Positions 28,460 through 38,111 are shown, numbered from the stretch's first letter. The stretch: DNA of 64,000 nt from Gemmatimonadota bacterium (GCA_035687745.1 DASRVA010000023.1:12060-76059), one strand, 5' to 3'. The notes: a model not told the origin generated them from the letters alone. Numbers and translations: made by a program.

Positions 28460-28960
28460 TCAGGCGGGGGCCCTGGTCGGCGCCTCCCCGGCCGGGGCCA
28501 CCTCGACCGGACCCCAGGTGATGTCGATCAGCTCGCGGACGCCCGCCTCGCGGTCCCCGATCAGGTCGCTGAGGCGGATATCCGAGAGGAGCGCGTCGAT
28601 CCTCCGGCGGAGCGCGAACCAGACCGGGCGGATCGAGCAGTCGTGGGTCTCGCCGCACCGCTCCGGGCCCACCGGATGCTCCCTGCAGTTGATCTCGAAC
28701 GTAGACCCCTCGGTGGCGTCGATCACGTCCTTGACCGAGATCTCGTCCGGGTCGCGCGCGAGCTGGAAGCCGCCGGAGACCCCCCGCACCGCCGTCACCA
28801 GGCCCGCCTGGCGGAGCCGGCGCAGGATCTTCTCGGTGTAATCCGCCGGCAGGTTCTCGATCTCGGCCATCTCGCGGGCCGCCACCGGACCACGTTCGGC
28901 GTGACGCGCCAGATGAAGGCTGCAGATGAGCCCGTACTCGGCCTGCGTCGTGAACCTCAT
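28460..28960 (-). CDS. Rrf2-family transcriptional regulator (IscR/SufR-like), first gene of the suf operon
   Basis: Rrf2 HTH (MRFTTQAEYGLICSLHLARH) and a C-terminal Cys cluster CRE...CGETHDC consistent with Fe-S sensing. Confidence 0.8.
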   Translation of the reverse strand: MRFTTQAEYGLICSLHLARHAERGPVAAREMAEIENLPADYTEKILRRLRQAGLVTAVRGVSGGFQLARDPDEISVKDVIDATEGSTFEINCREHPVGPERCGETHDCSIRPVWFALRRRIDALLSDIRLSDLIGDREAGVRELIDITWGPVEVAPAGEAPTRAPA

Positions 28961-29226
28961 CGTCCGGCGAACCTACTATTCCGGAGTGAATCGGTCAAGA
29001 TTAAGGAATGGTTCCCGTTCTCAACCGCCTGCTCCGAGCCGGACGGAGGCTTCCACGGGTGATCCGCGGGGAGGATGATCCCGTTCGCACCGCTTCTGCG
29101 CCTTATGCAACGAGGCGGCTGCCGGCGGACCTGCTCGAACGTCACCGAGAACCTGTGCTCGGTTGGCCTGGACCGGGAGGGTGGCAGCGAGTAAGGCCGC
29201 CGCATCCGCACCCCTTGTACCCCCCT

Positions 29227-29263
29227 AGCGAGGTGGGCGACCCGTTCGCCCGCCTCGCTTTTT
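29227..29263 (+). terminator. Rho-independent terminator-like hairpin on the plus strand with no annotated upstream plus-strand gene
   Basis: GCGAGGTGGGCGA-cccgt-TCGCCCGCCTCGC followed by TTTTTT. Confidence 0.35.
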
Positions 29264-29306
29264 TCGGTCCCGCCGACCGCCCACGGTCCCTTCAAGGCCA
29301 CCCACG

Positions 29307-29339
29307 AAAAAACGAGAGGGGGCGATCGCTCGCCCCCTC
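29307..29339 (-). terminator. Rho-independent terminator for the cupredoxin lipoprotein gene
   Basis: On the minus strand: GAGGGGGCGA-gcga-TCGCCCCCTC followed by UUUUUU. Confidence 0.55.
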
Positions 29340-29395
29340 GTCGTGAATCGCGGAGCTGGTGTCCGGAGCCGCCGCGGGCGGCGTCTCGGATCCCC

Positions 29396-29995
29396 TTACT
29401 GGCGTACTCCGGCGCTGCCGTCGGCCGAGACCTCGAAGGGCAGGTGCATGCCGGCCACCGCGTGACCCGCGATGTAGCAGATCATCACGTACTCGCCAGC
29501 CGTGTCGGTCGTGAACGTCAGGGTCGCGGTGCCGTTGGGGGCGGTGCCGGTCGTGCCGGCATCGGGGCTGATCGCGCCCGCGAAGACCGGCTCCGGGCTC
29601 TCGAAGGTGGCCGGATAGCTGTCCATCGCCTCGTCGATCCCCACCGAGTGCGGCTGGTTCGGATCGGCGTTGGTGAAGTTGATCGTCACCGAGTAGCCCT
29701 GGGGAACGACGATCGCTCCCTCGCCGGCGTAGAGGCCGTTGAAGTTCCAGCGGTTGTTGGCTTCGGTCTCACCGGCCACGATGTCCATGGACACGGTCTG
29801 CGCCGTCTCGTCCAGCGTCATCCAGGCGGGGGTCGAGAGCGAACCCGCCGGGCCGGCCATGTCGGCCGGCTCCTCGACCATCGCCGTCGTGTCCACGGCG
29901 GTCGTGTCTTCGGTCGCGCCCTCGTCCGCGGCACCGCCGCAGGCGAGAAGGCCCAGGGTGAGCAGAAGGGTGGTCAGAGAAGCGGAAATGCGCAT
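29396..29995 (-). CDS. Cupredoxin-domain (plastocyanin/sulfocyanin-like) blue-copper lipoprotein
   Basis: Lipobox LLAC. Type-1 copper site ...CYIAGHAVAGM (Cys-x4-His-x4-Met). ATG at 29995 has an SD (GGGAGTGAGGA). The track start at 30010 is a TTG. Confidence 0.75.
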   Translation of the reverse strand: MRISASLTTLLLTLGLLACGGAADEGATEDTTAVDTTAMVEEPADMAGPAGSLSTPAWMTLDETAQTVSMDIVAGETEANNRWNFNGLYAGEGAIVVPQGYSVTINFTNADPNQPHSVGIDEAMDSYPATFESPEPVFAGAISPDAGTTGTAPNGTATLTFTTDTAGEYVMICYIAGHAVAGMHLPFEVSADGSAGVRQ

Positions 29996-30121
29996 GGTCC
30001 TCACTCCCAATGAAGTTGGTCGCGTTGGCTGGGCAGGGATTCTTTCGAAGAGGCGAATATAGCCTCACCCGGACCGGTCGGGCGACCGCCCGGCGTCAGG
30101 CGGTCGGGCGACCGCCCATGG

Positions 30122-30583
30122 TCAGCCGGACTCGCTGGTGTGGTCGTGGACGATGACCCAGCGGCCTTCCACGTCCCTGAGGATGAGCGTGAAGATGCCG
30201 CCCCGTGGCCCCTCCGCGGTGTCCAGCGCCCAGCGACCCAGGACCCAGGCGCTTCCGCGTCCGAGGGCGTGGACCTCGAGGTCGGAGAACGAGAGCGTCC
30301 CCATGGTCTCGGTCCGCTCCCCATAGGCTGCCCGATATCGGTCGAGCGTGGTCTTCCATCCGCGCTGGACGCGGCCGCCCGACGTGAAAACCAGGTCCGG
30401 GCTCCGCCAGTAGCCGTCCATGAAGCCCTCCAGGTCGCCCTGGTTCCAGGCCTGCACCTGGCTCCTGAGGACGCCCAGGACGTGCTCCCGCACGTCGGCC
30501 TCGCCGCCCGCCCCCATGGAAGCGCACCCCGACCCGAGCGCGATCAGGGCGATGGGCATCGTGCCGGCCAACCACGGCTTCAT
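30122..30583 (-). CDS. SnoaL-like/DUF4440 (NTF2-fold) lipoprotein
   Basis: ATG at 30583 overlaps the upstream TGA (ATGA). Signal peptide plus lipobox MKPWLAGTMPIALIALGSGC. Track ORF 30122..31675 is over-extended into the peptidase gene. Confidence 0.7.
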   Translation of the reverse strand: MKPWLAGTMPIALIALGSGCASMGAGGEADVREHVLGVLRSQVQAWNQGDLEGFMDGYWRSPDLVFTSGGRVQRGWKTTLDRYRAAYGERTETMGTLSFSDLEVHALGRGSAWVLGRWALDTAEGPRGGIFTLILRDVEGRWVIVHDHTSESG

Positions 30584-32484
30584 CGGGCTTCCTCGAGGTC
30601 GATGTCCAGCTCGAGCGGCCGCCCGTCGCGCTCGACGACCAGCCGGGCCGACCCGCCGGGGATGCTGCGCTGGAGCGCGCGGACGTAGTCGTAGATGGAT
30701 TCGACCGGAATCCCGTCCAGCGAGAGGACCCTGTCGCCGGGCTCCACGCCGGCCTGATCCGCCGGCGAGCCCGCCTCGATCCGCTCGACGACGACCGGCT
30801 CGCCCGGACCGGCAGGGACGGGCACCGCGCCGAGCCGGCGCCCGACGCTCACCGGCCGGTCGGGGGGCTGCGTGGCCGGGGTCTCGGAGCGCTTCTCCGC
30901 CAGCTCGTACGGGCTCGGTTGGAAGGTGGGACTCTTCCCCGTGCCGGCGAGCCGTCCGACGAGCTGACGGACGAAGGTCGACACCTGTGTCAGCCCCTCG
31001 TAGTCGAGCAGGTCGGCGTCGTCGGAGGCCCGGTGGTAGTCCTGGTGGACGCCGGTGAACAGGGCGAGCACGGGCACCTGGCGCAGGTAGAAGGGAGCGT
31101 GGTCGGAGGGTCCATACCCCTCGGCCATGAGGCGCAGGGGAAGGTCGAGGTCCTCGTTGGCCTTCTGCAGCAGGTCGGGCCACGCTCCGCTGGATCCGAC
31201 CCCGTAGACGATGAGCTCGTTCCGCAGCCGTCCCACCATGTCCATGTTGATCATGGCCGTCACGCTCGAAAGCGGGACGACCGGGTGGCTCACGAAGTGG
31301 GCCGACCCGAGCATCCCCTCCTCTTCGGCCCCAAACGCCACAAATACGATGGTGCGCGCGGGCCGGTTTGCGCGGAAGGAGAAGTGCTGCGCGAGCTCGA
31401 TCAGCGCGGCGACCCCGCTGGCGTTGTCGTCCGCGCCGTTGTGGACCTCCCCCGGGACCGGCTCCAGCGAGCCCTCGCCGCCGAGACCCAGGCCGTCGTA
31501 GTGGGCGCCCACGACCACCGCTTCGCTCGCGAGATCCGCGTCGTGCCCCCCGACGATCCCGATCACGTTGTGGGTGGTCCGGGTCCGGGGCTTCAGGTCC
31601 GAGCGGAGATTCACGACGGCGTCCGCGACGACGCGGCTCCTGGGCTCGAGCGAGCCGTCGATCTCGCGCTGCCAATGGGCCAGATCCCCCCCGCCCATGC
31701 CCGCGATCCGCTGCCCGACCGCCTGGCTGACCGAGAGGGCCACGATGCCGAGGCTGCCCGGTTCGGCATCCATCTGGAACGGGATCAGCCGGTCGATCTC
31801 GTCGGTCGCCGGACCGCTCACGAACAGGATCGCCCGGGCGCCGTGGGCGGCGGCGGTGGCGGCCTTGTAGCGCTCGGAGAGGAAGCGGCCGAAGCGGCCG
31901 GCCGGATCGTCGCCGCCGGGCGCGTACCGCAGGACCATCACCACCTTGCCGCGGACGTCGATGCCGGCGTAGTCGTCGTACTCCATCTCGGGGGCGCTGA
32001 TCCCGTAGCCGGCGAAGACAACCGGCTGGACCACGCGGTCGGCGAGCGATCCGGCCAGCGGCAGGAAGTCCCGGCCGGGCTCGTACACGATCACGCGCCG
32101 GTCACCGTGCTGGAGGACGAGCCGGTTCTCGCGTCCCAGCTCGACCCCGATCGCGAACTCGAACGTCTGGAGGTAGGCCGGATGGTCGGACGGGGCCTCG
32201 AGGCCGGCCGCCTTGAACGCCCGCACGACGTACCGGGCCGCGCGCTCGGCGCCCGGTGTGCCGGCCCGCCGACCCGCCAGCTCGCTGTCGGCCAGATGGC
32301 CGACATGCCCCTCGAGCTCCCCGCGTGTGATGAGCGGGGACGCATCGCCGACCGATGCCGCTCCGGAGCCTACCGCGCCCGCGACCTGGGCCAGCGAGCG
32401 GTCGACGGGGACGGCCCCGAGGGCGCACACGAGCGCGAGACCCGCCAGCCGGCGGCCGATGCCTCGTTCCGGGAACGACGTCAC
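30580..32484 (-). CDS. M28-family peptidase with PA and C-terminal PDZ domains (secreted)
   Basis: M28 zinc-ligand motifs HYDGLG, NGADDNASG, FGAEEEG. C-terminal PDZ-like region. Signal peptide. Confidence 0.85.
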   Translation of the reverse strand: MTSFPERGIGRRLAGLALVCALGAVPVDRSLAQVAGAVGSGAASVGDASPLITRGELEGHVGHLADSELAGRRAGTPGAERAARYVVRAFKAAGLEAPSDHPAYLQTFEFAIGVELGRENRLVLQHGDRRVIVYEPGRDFLPLAGSLADRVVQPVVFAGYGISAPEMEYDDYAGIDVRGKVVMVLRYAPGGDDPAGRFGRFLSERYKAATAAAHGARAILFVSGPATDEIDRLIPFQMDAEPGSLGIVALSVSQAVGQRIAGMGGGDLAHWQREIDGSLEPRSRVVADAVVNLRSDLKPRTRTTHNVIGIVGGHDADLASEAVVVGAHYDGLGLGGEGSLEPVPGEVHNGADDNASGVAALIELAQHFSFRANRPARTIVFVAFGAEEEGMLGSAHFVSHPVVPLSSVTAMINMDMVGRLRNELIVYGVGSSGAWPDLLQKANEDLDLPLRLMAEGYGPSDHAPFYLRQVPVLALFTGVHQDYHRASDDADLLDYEGLTQVSTFVRQLVGRLAGTGKSPTFQPSPYELAEKRSETPATQPPDRPVSVGRRLGAVPVPAGPGEPVVVERIEAGSPADQAGVEPGDRVLSLDGIPVESIYDYVRALQRSIPGGSARLVVERDGRPLELDIDLEEAR

Positions 32485-32529
32485 AGGGGGTAAATATGAA
32501 ACCGCGAGCGCGCGTTGGCGAACCGCGAT

Positions 32530-33285
32530 TCAACGCCCTCGCCGGGCCACGACCTCCAGCCATGAGTTCCATCCCATCGCGTCGAACCCGCGGTGGACGA
32601 TCCGCTGCCACGGTCCCCGTCTCTTGGCGTCCGCCCGCGTCCGGGCATGCAGCGGTTGGAAGCCGTGCTTCTCCAGCAGCCGGATCAGGGTCCCGCGCTC
32701 GAAGAACGTCAGGTGGTGTCCCGGAGAGAGGTGCCGGAAGGGGCGCGGCTTGAGACCCAGGCGGCTCCAGAAGCTCTTCGAGCGGGACGTGAAGCTCGCC
32801 TCGTTCGGGACGAGCAGGTGCATGATCCCGGTCTCCACCAGCAGGCGGCGGACGGCGACCAGAAACCGGTTCGGGTCGAGGACGTGCTCGAGCACGTGAT
32901 GAGCGGCCACGACGTCGAACGGAGGCAGGTCCAGCTCCTCAACCGGTCCCACGTGGAAGGGAATCCCGGCGCGGGCGAAGGCCGCCTCGTTGGCGGACGA
33001 GATGTCCGCGCCGACCAGCCGGCCGAACCGTCCGCTGTCCCGTGCCAGACGGAGAAAGCTTCCCGTTCCCGCACCCACGTCGAGAAGCGAGGGCCGCTCC
33101 CGGGGCCGGAAGCGGAGGATCAGCTCGATCGAGGCCGCGTCCCGCTCCCGGACCAGGTCGCCCCCTTCCGCATCACGCTCCCGCGCGCGATGGCGCTCGA
33201 AGTAGCGGCTTCCGTAGATCCGCCGGTTCTCCTCGGGGCTTCGGCGAGGATTCAGATAGCGCAGGCCGCACCTGCGGCACCGCAC
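32530..33285 (-). CDS. Class I SAM-dependent methyltransferase (N-terminal zinc ribbon possibly truncated by the start call)
   Basis: SAM motif LLDVGAGTGSF. GTG start at 33285. An in-frame upstream CPLC...(x17)...CRRC zinc ribbon extends to 33369 with no canonical start. Confidence 0.75.
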   Translation of the reverse strand: MRCRRCGLRYLNPRRSPEENRRIYGSRYFERHRARERDAEGGDLVRERDAASIELILRFRPRERPSLLDVGAGTGSFLRLARDSGRFGRLVGADISSANEAAFARAGIPFHVGPVEELDLPPFDVVAAHHVLEHVLDPNRFLVAVRRLLVETGIMHLLVPNEASFTSRSKSFWSRLGLKPRPFRHLSPGHHLTFFERGTLIRLLEKHGFQPLHARTRADAKRRGPWQRIVHRGFDAMGWNSWLEVVARRGR

Positions 33286-33365
33286 GATCCGATGACCCTG
33301 GTACTCGAGGCCCCACGGCTCGCCGTCGTCCGTTTCGCAGAGCGGGCAGTCGACATGCTCTTCGC

Positions 33366-34292
33366 TCAGGGGGATCCCTCGGCCCGGCGATCGGGATTCA
33401 GCCAGCGGGTCGCCTTGTCGGCGAGCCGGGCGTGCTCGATCTCGAAGTCACGCCGGAGGGCCTGCTGCCCCGCCCGATCCGAGACGTTGTCGATCGACAG
33501 CATCCGGAGCTGATCCCGTGTGACGGGCGGGGTCGGGAGCACGATCTCCATGACCGTCGCCGCCAAACGCAGCGGGGCCACGGGCATGGAAAGGATCGGC
33601 CGCCGGTGCCCGGTGACCTCCATCAGCGTCCGGACGATCTCCTTCAGCGTCATGATCTCGGGCCCGGCCACGTCGTACGCCGGCTCCGCCGTCCGGTGCA
33701 TGCGGGTCGCCTGCAGGAAGCACTCCGCCACGTCGCCGAGCCAGACGGGCTGGAAACGGGACCGGCCGCCTGCCGGGAGCGGCACGACGGGGCTCCACTC
33801 GAGGATCCGGACGAAGCGGTTGAAGAAGTCGTCGTCGCGCCCGAAGACCACGGACGGCCGGAAGATCGTGCTCTCGAGCCCCGCCTCGCGCACGATCTCC
33901 TCCGCCCGCCACTTGGTGCGGTAGTAGTCGCTGGCGTCCTGGCCCGCCTCGACCCCGAGGGCGCTCATGTGGACGTACCTCGAGATCCCGGCTCGTCGGG
34001 TCGCTTCGACAACGTTCCGCGTGCCCGCCACGTGGACGTCCTCGTAGGACTGGGCGCGCGTTTCGACGATGATGCCGACCAGATGGACGACGGTCTCGAC
34101 CCCTTCGAGCGCCTCGTGGAGCTCGTCCGGCCGGGATACATCGCCCCGGAAGAGCTCCACGTGCGGAAGACGGCCGAGCGCTTCGGCTTGCTCCGGATGG
34201 CGCGCCAGCCCGCGGACCCGCCAGCCCCGGCGGCTCGCCCGCCGCAGGATTTCGGCGCCGATGAAGCCGGTGGCTCCGGTGACCAGGATCAC
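33366..34292 (-). CDS. NAD(P)-dependent epimerase/dehydratase (NmrA/SDR-like) protein
   Basis: GTG start giving MILVTGATGFIG overlaps the trmB stop (GTGA). Track ORF 33366..35180 is over-extended. Confidence 0.75.
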   Translation of the reverse strand: MILVTGATGFIGAEILRRASRRGWRVRGLARHPEQAEALGRLPHVELFRGDVSRPDELHEALEGVETVVHLVGIIVETRAQSYEDVHVAGTRNVVEATRRAGISRYVHMSALGVEAGQDASDYYRTKWRAEEIVREAGLESTIFRPSVVFGRDDDFFNRFVRILEWSPVVPLPAGGRSRFQPVWLGDVAECFLQATRMHRTAEPAYDVAGPEIMTLKEIVRTLMEVTGHRRPILSMPVAPLRLAATVMEIVLPTPPVTRDQLRMLSIDNVSDRAGQQALRRDFEIEHARLADKATRWLNPDRRAEGSP

Positions 34293-35269
34293 TCCGGTCT
34301 CCGGCGATACCGCGCGCGATGGATCGGGCGCCCCTCGGCCCGGTACTTCCGCTCGTAGTTGGTGAGGTCCACCATGTCGGCCGGGACCTCCGCCGCCTCC
34401 AGGCGGGGCTCGGCGTCCAGGACGGCTCTCGCCTCGTCGAAGTACTCGCCGTGATCGGTGACGAGCCGGAGCTCGCCGCCCGGCTCGAGCGCCTCGGCCA
34501 GCGCGCCCGCGAAGGCCGGCGTGACGAGCCGCCGCTTGTGGTGCCGCTTCTTGGGCCACGGATCGGGGAAGTAGACGTGGACGGCGCGCACCGAGCCGGT
34601 CGGCACGGCCTCCTCGAGGAGCCGCCCGGCGTCCGCCCTCACCACACGGACGTTCCTCAGGTCGCGACGGCGAATCCGGTCGCGCAGCCCCTCGGCATAG
34701 GCCCCCGCCCATTCGATCGACAGGAACGCGGTGTCGGGGGAGCGCGTCGCAGCGTCCACCAGAAAGCCGCCCTTGCCCGAGCCGATTTCGATCTCGACCG
34801 GACCCGGCCGGCCGAAAATCGCCTCCCAGTCGAGCGGCCTGGAGAGCCCGCTCTGGGGAAGCCGCGGGTCCCATTCCCCGGGCTCCGGATCGGGGGCGTA
34901 GCGGTAGCGATCGGTGAGGAAGTCCGGGATCGTGGTGCGGTCGATCTCCACGTCGGGATGATGGCGGACCACGGCCTCCGCCACGAGCGCGATCATCCGC
35001 TTGACCGACGGCGTCACGTCGAGCGGCGGCACCGGATAGGGTCTGACGACGACGCTGGCGTCGCCTTCCCGCTGCGAGAGATGCACGAAGAAGCGTCGCG
35101 GACGGCCGTCCCGGACGACGAGGCACTCGGCGAGGGCGTGATGTCCGTCGCCGTTCAGGAACAGGTCCCTCAGCCGCCACACCGTGTCTCCCGCGCGCTC
35201 GACGAACGGGTCGATCCCCTCGATCAGCTCGTGGAGGGGGGAGCTCGTTTCAAGGACGACGTGGGGCAC
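34289..35269 (-). CDS. trmB: tRNA (guanine-N7)-methyltransferase TrmB with N-terminal extension
   Basis: C-terminal core EIGSGKGGFL...VYFPDPWPKKRHHKRRL is diagnostic of TrmB. Confidence 0.8.
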   Translation of the reverse strand: MPHVVLETSSPLHELIEGIDPFVERAGDTVWRLRDLFLNGDGHHALAECLVVRDGRPRRFFVHLSQREGDASVVVRPYPVPPLDVTPSVKRMIALVAEAVVRHHPDVEIDRTTIPDFLTDRYRYAPDPEPGEWDPRLPQSGLSRPLDWEAIFGRPGPVEIEIGSGKGGFLVDAATRSPDTAFLSIEWAGAYAEGLRDRIRRRDLRNVRVVRADAGRLLEEAVPTGSVRAVHVYFPDPWPKKRHHKRRLVTPAFAGALAEALEPGGELRLVTDHGEYFDEARAVLDAEPRLEAAEVPADMVDLTNYERKYRAEGRPIHRARYRRRPE

Positions 35270-35339
35270 GGTCTCAGCGGGCCGGCGTGGCCCTGTCTCA
35301 CACGGAGGTTTCGAACTTCAGGAGGCCATATTCAGCGGC

Positions 35340-36125
35340 CTACCCGGAAATCTCTTCGCCGCCGTCCACCCCGATCACATTCCCCGTGATCCATCGGGTC
35401 TCCGGCCGCGCCAGCGCGATCAGCGCCTGCGCGACGTCCTCCGGCGTCGTCAGCCGGCGGTGCGGGTTGCGGGCACGGGCGGCCTCGACCATCCGCTCGT
35501 GGCCGGGGATCTTGCGGAGGGCCGGGGTGTCGGTGACGCCCGCCCGGATGGCGTTCACGGTGATGCCGAGGGGAGCCAGCTCCAGCGCGAGCTGGCGCGT
35601 GTGGGCCTCCAGGGCCGCCTTGGCCGCCGACACGGCGCCGTACGTGGGCCAGGCGTGGCCGTCGCCGGTCGATGTCATCGAGAAGACGCGGCCGCCTTCC
35701 CCCATCAGGTCGGCCCGCACGAGCTCCTGGATCCAGTACACCAGGGTGTTGGCCATGACATCGAGGGTCATGTCGAGCTCGCGTTGGGCCAGCCCCGCCT
35801 TCCCCTCCGGATCGATGTACGGCTTGAGGGTCCCGAAGGCGAGCGAGTGGAGGACGACCCGCACCTTCTCGCCCGACTCCGCGAGGCGTTCGGCGACGTG
35901 CTGCACGACCTCCCCGCGCTTCTCTGGGTCGGCGGCGTTCACGTTGAAGAACTCGACCTCGACACCGGTCTCCTTGATCGCCTCAACGACCTCGTCGACG
36001 TGACCGAGCGTCGACTTCCGATCGAGATGAACGCCGAAGACGTTCGTGCCGGCGGCGGCGAAGGCGCGGGCGGCGGCCTCCCCGAAGCCGCTCGATGAAC
36101 CCAGGATGAGTGCCCAGTCGGCCAC
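35340..36125 (-). CDS. Short-chain dehydrogenase/reductase (enoyl-ACP reductase FabL-like)
   Basis: GTG start with SD AGGAGC. LILGSSSGFG NAD(P)-binding motif. Catalytic YxxxK region (PTYGAVSAAK). Confidence 0.75.
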   Translation of the reverse strand: MADWALILGSSSGFGEAAARAFAAAGTNVFGVHLDRKSTLGHVDEVVEAIKETGVEVEFFNVNAADPEKRGEVVQHVAERLAESGEKVRVVLHSLAFGTLKPYIDPEGKAGLAQRELDMTLDVMANTLVYWIQELVRADLMGEGGRVFSMTSTGDGHAWPTYGAVSAAKAALEAHTRQLALELAPLGITVNAIRAGVTDTPALRKIPGHERMVEAARARNPHRRLTTPEDVAQALIALARPETRWITGNVIGVDGGEEISG

Positions 36126-36144
36126 GTTCGCTCCTGCGGATGGA

Positions 36145-36206
36145 GGGCGAGGATTCGTCCTCTGACGCGGCCGAGGATTCGTCCTCTGACGCGTCGGAGG
36201 ATTCCG
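36145..36206. repeat. Tandem 24-bp-period repeat (three copies of GAGGATTC; two full copies contain the palindrome GAGGAttcgTCCTC) in the divergent promoter region
   Basis: Direct reading: copies begin at 36149, 36173 and 36197. Confidence 0.6.
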
Positions 36207-36319
36207 GCCGCTGCGCGGCGAGCCGCGCGGATCGGGCGCACAAGGTAGCCGTGCCCGCGCGGCCCTGCTACCGGCTTCCGCGTGGGGCGGTGGGTTGAGG
36301 GGACGGCTAATTTGGGCCC

Positions 36320-37717
36320 GTGCCGACTGGTGGACCAGGCCCGCTGCGATCGATCGTGTTCGGGCTCGCGGTCGCGGCGGCCGTCGGGTGCGCTCCCTCC
36401 ACCGGTGGCGAGGACGGGCTTCCCGACTGGCCGGACCGCCTGCCGGCCGCCGCCTCGTTCGGGGCCCCCCGGGGCCTGCTCCCGCGCCGCGCCATCGTCC
36501 ACGTCCACTCGGTCTACAGCCACGATGCATGTGACGAAGCCGCGCAGGACGAGCTCGGGCGGACGAACGAGCCCTGCCTGGAGCGGTTCCGCCGCGCGCT
36601 CTGCCAGGCCCGGGTCGACGTCGCCTTCCTGACCGAGCACGACCGCTGGCTGGTGCGGGCCGACTCGCTGGCCGAGGCGCTGCTCTTCCGGGCCGGAGAC
36701 CGGCCGGTGACGGTCGAGGGCCGGCTGGTGGGCAACCGGCTTTCCTGCGGCACGCTCCTCTTCGCGGGGGCGGAGAACGTCCTCATGCCGGTCGCGTTCG
36801 ACTCGCTCCCGGGCGGATCGCGCGAGGAGCGCCAGGCCTTCTACGACGCCCAGGGGCCGGACGCGACGGAGGCGTTCCATCGCTACGGCGCGGTCGTGCT
36901 CATGCCGCACCCCGAGAGCGCGTCCCTCGCACGAATCTCCGCCCTCCGACCGGACGGGATCGAGGTCTACAACCCGCACTCGAACTTCGCGCCGAGGCAC
37001 CGGCGGGCGCAGGGGCTGTCGCGGCTGGGAGCGTTCGTCGGGCTGGCCCCGTTCGTCCTGCGGCTCACCGACGCCCATCCCGACCTCGCCCTCTTCTCCA
37101 TCTTCCACGCCAACCATGCCGCCATCGATCGGTGGGACGCGCTCCTCTCACGGCGCATGGTATTCGGCTTCGGGGCCTCGGATGCGCACGAGAACGCGCT
37201 GCCGATCGTTCTCGCCGACGGCGACCGGGGCGACTCGTACTTCCGTATGCTGCCCTGGGTCACGAACGCCTTCCTGGTCGAGCCGCCGGGTGGCCCCGCC
37301 CAAGTCGAGGCCGCGCTTCGCAGGGGCCGTTTCTACGCGGTCATCGAGGCGTGGGGGACGCCGGCGGGATTCGACTTCCACGTCCGGGACCGGCGCGGGG
37401 CGGTGGAGATGGGGAGGACTCTCCGCTTCGTCCCGGGGCAGCGGCTGGTCGTCCGGCGGCCGGTCGTCCACGGCCGCGCGGCCACGCTCGCGGAGCCGGA
37501 GATCCGGATCCGGATCTACCGGATCGAAGGCCGGTCACGGACGGTGGTGGCCGAGAGCGGAGGATCGCTCGACGTGCCGGTGCCCGGGCCGGGCGCCTAC
37601 CGGGTCGAGGTGGGGATCGTTCCGCGCCATCTATCCCCCTACCTCGGGAACGGCGACGGGTACGATCTTCCCGAGGTGCCCTGGATCTATTCGAATCCCG
37701 TTCGGATCCTCCCATGA
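36320..37717 (+). CDS. Lipoprotein with PHP-like metal-dependent phosphoesterase motif (hypothetical)
   Basis: Lipobox AAVGCA. HVHSVYSHDA motif. Confidence 0.55.
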   Translation: MPTGGPGPLRSIVFGLAVAAAVGCAPSTGGEDGLPDWPDRLPAAASFGAPRGLLPRRAIVHVHSVYSHDACDEAAQDELGRTNEPCLERFRRALCQARVDVAFLTEHDRWLVRADSLAEALLFRAGDRPVTVEGRLVGNRLSCGTLLFAGAENVLMPVAFDSLPGGSREERQAFYDAQGPDATEAFHRYGAVVLMPHPESASLARISALRPDGIEVYNPHSNFAPRHRRAQGLSRLGAFVGLAPFVLRLTDAHPDLALFSIFHANHAAIDRWDALLSRRMVFGFGASDAHENALPIVLADGDRGDSYFRMLPWVTNAFLVEPPGGPAQVEAALRRGRFYAVIEAWGTPAGFDFHVRDRRGAVEMGRTLRFVPGQRLVVRRPVVHGRAATLAEPEIRIRIYRIEGRSRTVVAESGGSLDVPVPGPGAYRVEVGIVPRHLSPYLGNGDGYDLPEVPWIYSNPVRILP

Positions 37718-38106
37718 CCGGCATGGCGCGGCGCCTGAGGAGGCTCGTGGTCCATGACGTCCGGACCGGGGAGACCGACGCCTACCCCGACCTCAAGCCG
37801 CTCGACCTCCCGCTCGGACCCGGTCCCGCCTTCGCGGCCGCGCTGGCCGCCGCGCGATCGATGCCCGGCTGGACGATCGCGTCGGCCGATCCCGAGACGG
37901 GCGAGATCCGGGCCGAGGCGCGGACCCCCCGCCTGGGATTCGTCGACGACGTCCGGATCCGGGCTCGTCCGCTCTCCGGCGGCGGGACCCGGGTCGACGT
38001 CCGCTCGACCTCACGGGTCGGGATCTACGATTTCGGGACGAACGCCCGGCGGATCCGGGCCTATCTGGAGCGGCTCGCCCTGCGAGCGTCGCCCGGCACC
38101 GGATAG
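37714..38106 (+). CDS. DUF1499 family protein
   Basis: ATG overlaps the upstream stop (ATGA). Conserved LGFVDDV...VDVRSTSRVGIYDFG. Confidence 0.7.
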   Translation: MTGMARRLRRLVVHDVRTGETDAYPDLKPLDLPLGPGPAFAAALAAARSMPGWTIASADPETGEIRAEARTPRLGFVDDVRIRARPLSGGGTRVDVRSTSRVGIYDFGTNARRIRAYLERLALRASPGTG

Positions 38107-38111
38107 CGCCG

